DNA of 64,000 nt from Lama glama. Taxonomy: Eukaryota. The position numbers and the translations under genes were made by a program. Position 1 is the stretch's first letter. Each line of letters opens with the position of its first letter. A model generated the notes under the pieces. The model saw only the letters and a program-made list of their open reading frames with translations. It searched no databases and was not told where the DNA came from. This document shows positions 39,050 to 50,057 of the stretch, in pieces. Where the stretch lies: NCBI GenBank assembly GCA_028534125.1, contig CM052818.1, positions 38,628,001 through 38,692,000 of the forward strand. Direction: 5' to 3'.

Positions 39050-39870
39050 AGGAAATACCAGAAACTGGAAAGGAAGGGTAGCTTTAAGCCTGAGGAGGAT
39101 TTCAAAAAGTATAGAACAGGGGAACGGTCACTCAAGGAAATAGAACCACCTCAAGCAAGACACTATGGGAGAGACAGACCTACTGAAAAAAGAGTCAATT
39201 GGTGTTGCTGGAGATCAGGACTCTGGGGAAGGGCAGAGGAGGAGATGAGTTCTAGGTAGTTGGGTCAGAGCCAGATCACATAGGACTCTAGATACCAAGC
39301 TGGGCCTAGACTTTATCCTGGATGAATTCCAATGATAAGGTGAGAAGTTTTGAAACTTTAATTAGGACACCAGCTTTGGAAAGAAGCGGGGTGGAGAAAC
39401 TTTGTAACAATCAAACTGAGACTGAAGTCAGGTTGGATATGGTAGAGTAGTAGTGAAAGGCTGGTATGAAGAAGAAGAAAAAAAGGCCAAAACAGACAAT
39501 GCACATCAAAATACTCTCCCAGTGCAAGGTGCAAAGGAGGAACCCAAAAAATACTCATTGAAGTTGATGTTTCCAGGATTTGTAGTATGAATGACTGGTG
39601 ATGACATCCACTGGGATCAGGAAAAGAAAACTAGGCACTGGGAAGATGTTGGGGTAAGCCATGGGCACGTTGCACTTGAGGTGCTAAACAGACATCCAGG
39701 TTGAGATGGCTAATTATCATTGGATATATATATATATATATAAATCTGGAGCTCAGGAAGGAGATCTGGAATAGAGATGAAATCATCAGTGCATAGAGCA
39801 TAGTTGAAGCCACCAAAATATATGATATCTTCCAAGAGGAATGTATCATAGGGAGCAGAGGGCAGGCGAG
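39050..39870 (-). mobile_element. L2 fragments
   Basis: GCCAGATCACATAGG, TGGAGCTCAGGAAGGAGATCTGG and TAGTTGAAGCC motifs. Confidence 0.6.
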
Positions 39871-40317
39871 ATCTTTGGGGCATAGTAATGTTTGCTGGAC
39901 ACCATGCTTTGTAAAAGCATCAATGCACACACCATTATCCCCATCTCCATAATATGGCACAGTCCTGGCAAAAGAGCAAATACTCAACAAACATTTGTTG
40001 AGCAATGGAATGCCTGAATTCAAGGAGCAAGTAGACTGCACTTCATCAGAGGAATGTAAAGGGATGGGTCAGAGGTGGGACCCTACCTATGCTGAGCATC
40101 AGTTATCTGCCAGATAGTGGCTTAACTTGTGATTTCTCCTTTGAGAGAATAACATGATGTCATGCAAAGCTTCAGAGTCTGGCTCTATTGTGACCTCAGC
40201 TTTTGCAGTATCTGCAACTCCCATGCCTTCCCATTGACTTTCCCCTACCGTCATTTTTGTGTTTAATATTCACTTAAGGAGTCAGGGCATAATGAAATTC
40301 CTTTGAACTTGGGACAT

Positions 40318-40450
40318 ATTTTTTTAAAAGTAATTTTTATTGAGATATAATCAACATAACATTATATTAGTTTCAGCTGTAAAACACAATGATTTGATAT
40401 TTGTATATATGGCAAAATAATCACCACGATAAATCCAGTTAACATTCAAG
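40318..40450 (-). mobile_element. Very short 5'-truncated L1 3' end with a perfect 14-bp TSD
   Basis: TGAACTTGGGACAT at 40304-40317 and 40451-40464. TTTTTATTGAGATATAAT L1 tail on the minus strand. Confidence 0.9.
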
Positions 40451-43400
40451 TGAACTTGGGACATCTTAACATTCTCTTCCACAAAGACAACTCTCAGATA
40501 ATCAGAAACCTTGTGGTTCTTCTGGGACTGCTGCATGGGTTCATTTAAGGGATTAAGTCACTATTTTCTAAGAGCTTACACTGCACATGTGGAAAGAAGG
40601 TGTGGCTCAGCCCACAAGAAGCTCAACATACAGTTAAAACATGTGTGAGCTTATTCATGTACACACATGTGCATGAATATTCAACCATAATGGAATCTGT
40701 AAGTAAGCAATATAACAGTGAGCTAATTCTGTCTTAAAAGCAGAGATAAATATGAAAGATCATGGAAGTTTTCACAAAAGAAAAGACACAAAAATAGAGC
40801 CTTGAAAACTAAATCTTCTTCCTTGGGTGGGGGGTGGGGGGTGTTATTGTTGGTTTTTCCAGGCAGAAGGGGCCACACAAGCAAAGATGACAGCACACAA
40901 GAGGGCCTGAGTGTGAACTGTTTGAAAAGGTGGGAAATAAAGCTGGTGCAGTATCCCAGAGGGTGTTAAATGAGTGTGCCATGACTAGATTTGTGTTTTG
41001 GGAAGACCCTTTTGGCAGCTAGTGTGGACACTGGATTAGAGGCTGGAAAGATGCCTGAACACAGAGCTTTATGCCAAGATGCCTGCCTTTCCATCCTCTT
41101 GTCTACCACATAAAGGCTTTAGGAGAGCTGGATTTTGAAGACTGGCATTTGCAGATGGGTTGAACCATTAGAATAGGTTGTAGACCTATGTGTACGTATG
41201 AATGCTTTGTAGTCAGCAAAACGCACGGAGGGTACAGATTGCTGTTGGGGAGGAATAAGAAAGTAGCTCAATGATTTGGTCTAACTTTACTTACAAGTCT
41301 TAACTTATCATGAGTAAGAGTTCTTCTGATCATTATTAGGTTTACACTTAACTTCCTAAAGCCCCTTCTGTATTCTAAGAAGAGTTTGCTTTATGTGTTA
41401 ACACTGGCTCGGGCTCAGCCCCAGCCCTAGTCACAGTTCCAGCTACAGGGAAATTGCCTGTAACCTCTTAACCTCAACTTGGCACAGCTCCTTTCATACG
41501 GATTTACTCTTAGTAATTTACATTTTAACAACTCTGTTAACACAGATAGACCATCATGTTATGAAGTTCAAGTGGGATCTGCAGAGAGCTCTTATGGCCT
41601 AATACAGTCCCCCTTAGGTTGTATTTTGGAATATAGTTTAACCATCTCAGCAAGATTCAAGAGTTTGAACTATCCAAAACTATTTTTGTAAGTGCTGACT
41701 TAATTGCTGTTGTATTTAACTGCCTTTTCACACATGTGCTTTAAGTATTTTGCACATATGTAACCAAATGAACTAGAGACTGAATTTCTAAACAGCCAAG
41801 AGATAACAGTGGGGGATTTTATTCTACAGTAAGATGCACAAACCCTAGCACGTCTGACAACAGACAGAAGTCATGTAAAGAGCTGTCATTTGCAGTCTTG
41901 GGATTCTTCTTCTACCTGTTAATTTTCTCTCAAAGAATAAAAATGCATTGCTCAATCTGGGCCTTGGAAAGTGACTTCTGTGCCACAGTGGATGATGGTG
42001 TTAGGCCAGGTTCTGTATTAGAAATTTTCAAATAATGATGATAACCAAGCGTGTGCCTTCTGAATCCCATCTATGCCTTTCTTTACTCTCAGCATCTTCT
42101 TTCCCCTTGTCTACAACTAAGGTCCCAACTGGAGGGTTCTGGGATTTTCTGATAGACAGATGGCTATGCAGAGCACTGCCATCAATCCACTTGGTGCAGA
42201 GTGAGGATGAGAGTTACCTCCGTTAGGAAAATTCCCAGCAAAGTCTGAGAGGATTGGAGATTTCATGGCATGTGGGCAGAAGTGCTAACAGTCTCCAGTA
42301 AGAGATTAAAAACTGACACACCTAAACTATTGAATCAGTGTAACCCTATGAGCTTTATTGTTCAACAAAGCCTGTTTTCATTTTATATCTGAATTAAAAA
42401 AAGAAAAATCAAGACATTCTCCCCCGGCCCCCAGAAGTTTATAGCAACATCCACCAAATTTATAACATTTAAAAATATTTTTAATATAAACCTAATATTT
42501 GCAACAGCCTATGAAATTGAACTTGTTTTCCTTTCCTTTCTTCTTCTGCTTTAAGTTTTATTTTCTCTTCATGTTATAATAGGAACAACACTCGATGAAG
42601 AGTCCAGAGGTCTGTATTTCAGCCTAGACCCTGTCAATACAGCTGGAAACCCTGGAAGGTCAATTAACCCTTCTAAGTTTCAGATTCCTCATCCCATAAA
42701 GATGACAGAAACTTTCGGACCACTTGCCCCACAAGACTATTGTGAGCCCCAGACAAGACCATGTCTGTGAATGAAGTCTAAAACCCACCATGAGCCAGAG
42801 CAAAGAACGGGAGTTTCAAAGTTTCCATAGATATTTCACATCAAGCATCATGTAGTTTCAATGTACATAGTTTCCTTTGACGTTATCCATAACTTTGGAC
42901 TGCAAATAATTTACATTCTTAGCATCAATTTAATAATAACTTGCTGCATGTGCTTCCTGCAATATTTATAACTAACCATGAAGACAATAACCTTCTCACC
43001 TGGGAACTAAAGATTTTAATGGTTGTGATTCCATATTAAATTATATAGTATCAGACCATCATTTAAACCATTTCAGATCTGAGATTTGCCAACACGGTTT
43101 CATATACTGTCTACTACTGCTGGATTATTCTTTCAGTCCACAAATACTGATTAAGCAAACACTCAGAGTGCTAGCTGCAGAGACCAAGCAGCTGCTGAGA
43201 ATTAGGAAGTGAGTGAAAAAGGAAAGTAAGGAAGGGCACATTTTGTAGATTGTGAATTTTGGGAGAATTTTATGGGGAAATTTTTCCTTTCCTTTTTTTT
43301 TCAAACAAAGCTTCTTTACAGATTTCTACACTTCATCATAAAAGTTTACAATGATTTTCAAAATGTTTCTTTGGCAGTGGAGATAAAATTTGGTCCGGTA

Positions 43401-43480
43401 AAAATCCTAATAGCTGTCTCTTTTAACCGACAGCTCATCTAAAACTTTTTTTACCAAATCCAGAACGTAAGAGAACTTAC

Positions 43481-43723
43481 AGTGAAGGCTGGAGGGCAGG
43501 AGACCCAGAATCAGCTGATAGAAAAACTACGCTTTTCTTGGATGGAGCCTGTATAAATCCTTCGCACTTATGTGTAGAACTGCTCGGATCAGTATCTGTG
43601 GAGTTGAATTCAAAAGCAGCAAGAGCCAGGAACAACAACTGCACTAGGTTGGGTCCAGGAACATGTAATGGGACTAGAAAGAGGGACTTTCCAGAAACTT
43701 GAGTTTTGTTTTCATCTGTAATA
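43481..43723 (-). CDS. Putative internal coding exon (ITDENKTQVSGKSLFLVPLHVPGPNLVQLLFLALAAFEFNST...SPALQPS)
   Basis: Acceptor catttccatttgtttgcAG and donor CT|GTAAGT. 243 nt, open, phase 2-2. Several retained CpGs in otherwise CpG-poor DNA. Confidence 0.65.
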
Positions 43724-44329
43724 CTGCAAACAAATGGAAATGCTACTATGTGAAGTCCTGGCACTTTCTGGCTTATAAAAGGGCCACATATACAACTACG
43801 GGCTATTAGGCCTTGTCAACTCGAGATCAGAGAGAGCAGTATGGGTACCTTCCAATGGCTGATGATCTAATGAAGCGCATTTGTACCTTGATAAGGAGTA
43901 TTTAAGTAATTCTAGCTTTTTAATACTATCATTTGAATTTCATTTCTCTGTTAAACAAATCTCTAATACTGAATCATATGCTTCTATTTGGGCTTGTATG
44001 TTGAAGAAAATTTGAACTGTAGAAATATTTGCTAATCACATACAGAATTCAAGCAGCGTGTTTTCAAATGAAGCTTGCTTTTAAGTTCTTTCCTCTAAAA
44101 ATATATTCAGCTAAGTAATCTGTATTTTATCGTATTTTAAGCAAATACACATAGAAACCTTCAGAAAAGGTTAATATGCACCACTTTCTTTTTCAACAGC
44201 TTTAAAAGGAAACAGCATGATTAGCCAAAAGCAGATTACGAAAAGGATTGACACGTTGTAAGACTGTGGGTTTCAGAACTGGATAGTAAAACCATATCGT
44301 CTTCTCTAAGCACTACAGAACACAGATTA

Positions 44330-47300
44330 GCTGACTTCTATGTCCAGCAATATGGTAGATGCAATCCCCTGAGTGACCCTCCTGATAGACACCACTAAAA
44401 TTTCCAGATAAAATATTTTAGGCACTTTTTAAAAATGAATAAATGACCTGACAAAAAGGTCAGGAATCTTCAGAAGAAGAAAAACAACTGGGAATTAAAT
44501 GAATACCAAAGTCAGCTAAATGAAACCACACAGCTACTAGAAGAAATGTGGATGAGTTCTGCTTTAATTTTCAATGTGGAAAAAGACTTTCTAACTGTAA
44601 CTCAAAATCCAGTGGCAATAAAAATGGAAGAAAATATTTGTAACAGTTATCATAGATAAAAAGGCTAGCATGTCTGATTTTAAAGAACTTTTAAAAGTTA
44701 GGAGAAAAAAGTCGAAAATTCCTTATAAAAATAGGCAAAACACAGACAATTCACAAAAAGAGATCTCAAATGGCCCTAAAACATATGAAAAAATGTTTAT
44801 CTTCACTCATAATAAGAAAATGCAAATTAAAATTACACTGAAATGCCATCTCTTACCCAATAGATTTGCAAAAATTTTAAAATGTGGCTATACTTTATAT
44901 TGGTAAGACTGTCAAAAATAGTTTCATGTATTGCTGGTGAAACTGCAAAACAGGAAAAATCCTATATGGAGGGGAATTTGTCAATAACAAAACTTTTATG
45001 TACTTGTCCTTCAACTCAGAAATCCCCCTGTTAAAAGCTTACCCAGAGTATACAACTCCAACAATACAAAAATTCATGTGCAAAATGCTATTCATGGTAG
45101 CATCATTTGTAATTACAAAATGTTGGAAACTACCCAAGCATCCAAGCTTAGGAGATTGGTTCAATAAACTACGGAGTATACACCCAGTGGAGTACTATAT
45201 AGCTGTAAAAAATGAGGATGATTTCTCTGAACTGTTGTGGATTTATTTCTAGGAAATATTATTAAGGGGAAAAAGCAAAATTCTAAAGATAATATGTGTT
45301 ATGACATCTTTTGTGAAAAAATAAAAGGACAATAAGAAAATATATCTACTTATCATTGCAAAAAAGAAAAACAGATGGATTAACCAGAACACAATAAACT
45401 CTGTTACCAATTAGGGGTGGGAAGAATGGAATGGAAAATATGAGAGGGAGTGAAACTTCTTTCACTTTTGAAAGTGTATCACTATCCTACATACTCAACA
45501 AGGAAATTAAATCAGTAAAAGTAGGAATTGGAGGGGAGAACACCTAAAATAGAAAGAAGACAAAAAGAAAAATGAACCTCATTATATTTCAAATCAATAC
45601 TATAAGCACACTGAAGAGGGTAAAAAGAAAGAACTAATAATCCATGTAACTAAGAACACAGTGTTAGACTATATACCCTCAGAATTGGGAAGAGTTGGAT
45701 ACGGGAGACAAGAGAATGCAAACCCATCTTTGCAGTGGTTTGTTTATTGTTGTGGTATGGGTGACACAATTCTGAAATTCTGAAACTATTCTAAATGTAT
45801 TACAAGATTGAGCAAATGAGTAAATGTGCCAGTGTTGTTGGGAGCCAGGGGCCTCACCATGGAGAAGGAGAGTTACAAATAAGGAATGGAGGGAAGGCAA
45901 GAAAACATCCTGTGGGAATAGACTGGAATTGGAGATATCAGGATAAACTTATAATTTCTAGAATACCTATATGTAAGTCTATATGCATGTTTCTATTTGT
46001 ATGTCTGTATATGTATGTATATACATGCATATGTTTCCTAGCTCTGTCCACTGAAAGGGCCAAGAAACAAAGATACCCCAGCAGCAATGAGCATAGCTGG
46101 AACCCATTCCTTGGTCTCTAAACCATTCCTCACTAAAAAGAACCAAGGGTCCTTGGAGAAACAACTGATCCCAGGGAAGGTACCAGATAAGCCTACAACA
46201 ACTTGTTACACCAGAAAATCACAAAGTGCTGAAAAGTTTTATTGGAGCTTATCGTAAGGACACAGTAGCCAGCTTGAAGGGACCCCTACTAATATGGGAC
46301 AATTTGAGTAACCAAATAATTAACTTCAGTAATTCTAAACCATTAAAAGATAGAAATTCATGCATCCACTGCAATAGTATATAAATAAATAGACAAGGGA
46401 GGTCTCCTGCTTACTATAACATGCCAAGAATCTACTAGTAAATCTCAACAGGGTCCTGGGTTAGAAAATCATGATCTTATAATCATAATGGTAAAGAATC
46501 ATTAATGGATGGTAAACTCAGGGAGAAATTTTGATGAGGAATAGGGTATTTACATGGTTTTACACACAGGATACTTAACAGTTGGAAGAGATAATAATAA
46601 TAATTATTATTACACCATTATAAAATTGGGCAGTACCCTGACTAGGTGATCACAATTAACACCAGTGAGGGACTGATGAACACTGTGTCCCTCCAGATGT
46701 GATACCCTAAGAAGTACTACAACATCACTAATGCACTATTCTGGCTGAAATCAATAAGCTCAAATTAATCAGAAAGAAATAATAGGAAAAGTACAAAATG
46801 AGGAAAGTTCTGTTTTTAAAAAAAAAAGTGAGTGGCTGTCGGTAGGGGGGAGTCTGTAATCTTCAAAAATGTCAATGTCATAAAACATCAGAAAGGCTCT
46901 AGAAATGTTCCAGACTAAGGGACCTCAACAGATATAACAACAAAATGCAGTTCCTGTCCCTAGAATGGATCTTGTCTTGGAGGGGGAAAATGCTATAAAA
47001 AATGTTACGGATCAACTAACAAAATTGGAATATGGATGGTAGAATAAATAAAAGGTTAGCATCAGTATCAACTAACAAAGCTGACAATCGTACTGTGCTT
47101 ATGTAAGAGTACAATTTTTTTTTAAAAAAATAATTTTTTAAATTTAAAAAAAATACTTTTTTTAAAAAAAGTAACAAACGTTTCTACAGAAATGGGTAAG
47201 TAACACATGTAAGAGAATATCCCTAGTCTTAGGAAATACACTAAAGTAGCAGTAAAAGGTCCATGGTGCATGCAGTGTAATGATTCAGGAAAAAATATTA

Positions 47301-48000
47301 TATATTTTTATATATTTATTTATTTTATATATTTTAAATAGAGAACCAAAAGAGAGAGAAAGGAGAAGAGGAAGGAGAGTGAGAGTGCAAACAATAAACC
47401 CAATGGGGTAAAACATTAACAGTGGGTGCAACTGGTTTAGTAGTGTCCCCCAAGAATTCATGTCCTTCCCAGGACCTACGAACCCTATTTGGAAGTAGGG
47501 TTCTTATGGATGTAATTAAGATGAGGTGATGCTAGAAGAGGGTGGGCTCTTAATCCAATATGACTGGTGTTCTTAAAAGAAGAGAAGGGACACAGAGACA
47601 GACATGTACACAGGGAAGATGATATAAAGAGACATATAGAGAGAAGGTTATGCAATGAAGTAGGGAGAGATTGGAGTGATGCTTCCATAAGGCAAGGGAT
47701 GCCAGGGGTTGCTGACAACACCAGAAGCTAAGAGACCGTGAACAGATTCTTCAGAGCTTTCAGAAAGAGAATGGTCCTGTCAACACCTTGGTTTTGGACA
47801 CTGAGCCTCCTGAATCGTAAGATAATACATTTCTGTTGTTTTAAGCCACTGAGCTTTTGGTAATTTGTTACAGCAATCACAGGAAACTAATACAATAAGG
47901 AAATCTGGATAAAGGGTTTATAGGGTATGCTTTGTACTATTTTGTGTTGTTTTTTGCAACTTTTTGTAAGTCTGAAAGTATTTCCAAATAAAAACTTTTT
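44330..48000 (+). mobile_element. Old L1 (L1MD/ME-like) fragments with a long 3'UTR
   Basis: AAAATGCAAATTAAAATTACACTGAAATGCCATCTC, TCTTCAAAAATGTCAATGTCATAAAA and TATTTCCAAATAAAA motifs. Confidence 0.8.
47428..47894 (+). mobile_element. MaLR LTR (MLT1B/C-like) nested in L1
   Basis: TAATCCAATATGACTGGTGTTCTT...GGAAACTAATACA. Confidence 0.85.
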
Positions 48001-48259
48001 TAAAGGATGTAAAACAAACAAACAACAAAGGTGAAAAACAGAAAAATAGGGCTTCTAAGACTCTCAAAGGCCATGGCCCGGTTTAGTCTCCTAGGGAGAT
48101 TCGTGAGTGTGACTTCTGTCTAACAGAAAGAATTATAAACTGATGCACAAAAAGCTCACAACAACATTTTCAAAGGAATTTTAACAACTTAGACTGAAAA
48201 CAACAGAGAGAACACAAAATGAAAAAAAGTCTTTGTATTTCCAAACTGCTATGGACAGG

Positions 48260-49400
48260 AAACAGCCTTAGAGAATTACTCAGCTCCAACCACAGGCCAT
48301 TTCTTATGGAAAAGGAAAGGGGACTCACAGAGCAGAACCAAGAGCCCAGAAAGCAGAGCCCTGCAGAACAACCCCCAGGGAATAGGAATGAACCCTAAGC
48401 AAGGACCCTGCGATACCCACTCAGTGAATTTCAGTACAAGCCTGGACAAGTATTCTCATATTTCTTGTGTTTGGATGGAGGGTCTCACTCTTGTATGTTG
48501 AATGTGTCAGGAACAGAAGACTTGTCTCTTCTCCTCATAGGTCTTCAGACTAAAAGGAATGAAACTCAAGTTGTACCTGAGGAGTGGTGTCCCACCGAGG
48601 AGCCTCATCTGCACTCGGACTTGATCAACACGATAAGCTCCTGGACTTCACGTTGATTCTTAAAGAGATGAGACTTGGTGGTCTTGGGACTAAGGAAAGC
48701 ATGTATTTTGCACATGTGAGGGGTGGAAATTGTTGCGGTCAGAAGGCAGACTAGGGCAGAGGGCATTTTCCAAATATAGCATAACATTACCGTCATTCCA
48801 CATGCTCTTACTACAGTGTGACTTTGACTCTTCTCCAATCAGTACAGGAGGTCTGTAACAGGGTTGCCAGATTTAACAAGGAAAAATACAGGAAGCCCCC
48901 GAATTTTTAGTATGTGGCCCAATATTGCACGTGGCACACTCAATACTAAAAAAAAAAAAAAACAACCTGATTTATCTGAAATTCAAAGTTAACTGAGTAT
49001 CTCATATGTTATCTGGAAACCCTAGAATTCTTCACCCTTAAATTTGGGTGGGTTTGGCATTATGGCAGATATGCTACGTGACTTCCAAGGCTAGGTCATA
49101 AAGGAGGTACAGCTGCCTGGTTCTGTCTCTCAGGTCACTTGTATTGAGAATATAGTCGCCACGCTGTGAGCAAGCCCAAGCAGCCTGTGGAGAGGCCCAC
49201 ATGGAAAGGAACCAGATGGCTGGCCAACAGCTCTGGCTACGCTCCCAGACAACAGCTGGTCCCAACCAGCTTGCTAGCCTTGTGACTGTGTGAGAGCTGT
49301 GTTGAAAGCGGGCCTTCACTCCAGCACATAGTTGAGCCATCTCAGTTGTGCCACTAAATTTTAGGGTTGTTTGTTATGTAACAATAAGATAAGTAGAAAA
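48260..49400 (+). mobile_element. MLT1 internal 3' end plus an MLT1F/G-like LTR
   Basis: GTGACTTCCAAGGCTAGGTCATAAAG, GGAGAGGCCCACATGGAAAGGAAC and GCCACTAAATTTTAGGGTTGTTTGTTATG motifs. Confidence 0.7.
48859..49024. mobile_element. MER53-like hAT MITE nested in an LTR
   Basis: TIRs CAGGGTTGCCAGAT and ATCTGGAAACCCTA. Confidence 0.8.
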
Positions 49401-49414
49401 CTAGTGGGAAAAAA

Positions 49415-49781
49415 TAGAGAGAGAGAGATTGAGGTTTTAAGGAACCAGCTCATATAATTTCTGAAACTTAGCAAGTCCAAAATGTGCAGGTTAGGCCAGC
49501 AGGCCAGAGACCAGACCCAGAAAAAAGTTGCATTTCGAATCCAAAGGCAAACTTCTGTCAGAATTCCCTGTTGCTTAGGAGAGGTCAGTCTTTGTTTTAT
49601 TAAGGCTTTCAGCTAACTGAATGAGGCCCTTCTACATTACGGAAGGTAAACTGCTTTATTCAAAATTCACCAAATTAAATGTGAATCTCATCCAAAAACA
49701 TTCACAGAAACATCCACAATGTTGTTTGACCAAATATCTGGGCACCATGGCTCAGTCAAGTTGACATAAAATTAGCCATCA
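49415..49781 (-). mobile_element. MLT2 (ERVL) LTR fragment
   Basis: TTTGACCAAATATCTGGGCACCATGGCTCAGTCAAGTTGACATAAAATTAGCCATCACA. Confidence 0.85.
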
Positions 49782-49861
49782 CACGTATCAAAGGCTCAAA
49801 GCTCAGGATTCCAGCACTTTTCTTCTGGGCCCTGGAGAGGCCTCGACACTTTATTACGTAC

Positions 49862-50057
49862 AATTTCACTGGAAATGACAGATGAACACATGCTCTTTGC
49901 TGCCATAATTTACTATTGATTGGCACTGATGCTAAGAATCCAAATTGCAACTCTGGGGGTATAACATTCACTAGATGACAGACAGATTTGAAAAATTCCT
50001 TTAATGCCATATAGAAACTAACCCAAGCAGCAGGTTTCTTTATCAGTACCCCATGAG
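49862..50057 (-). CDS. Putative internal coding exon (HGVLIKKPAAWVSFYMALKEFFKSVCHLVNVIPPELQFGFLASVPINSKLWQQRACVHLSFPVK)
   Basis: Acceptor ccttgtcttcctccccacAG and donor TT|GTACGT. 196 nt, open, phase 1-2. Joins the 43723 exon in frame. Confidence 0.55.
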
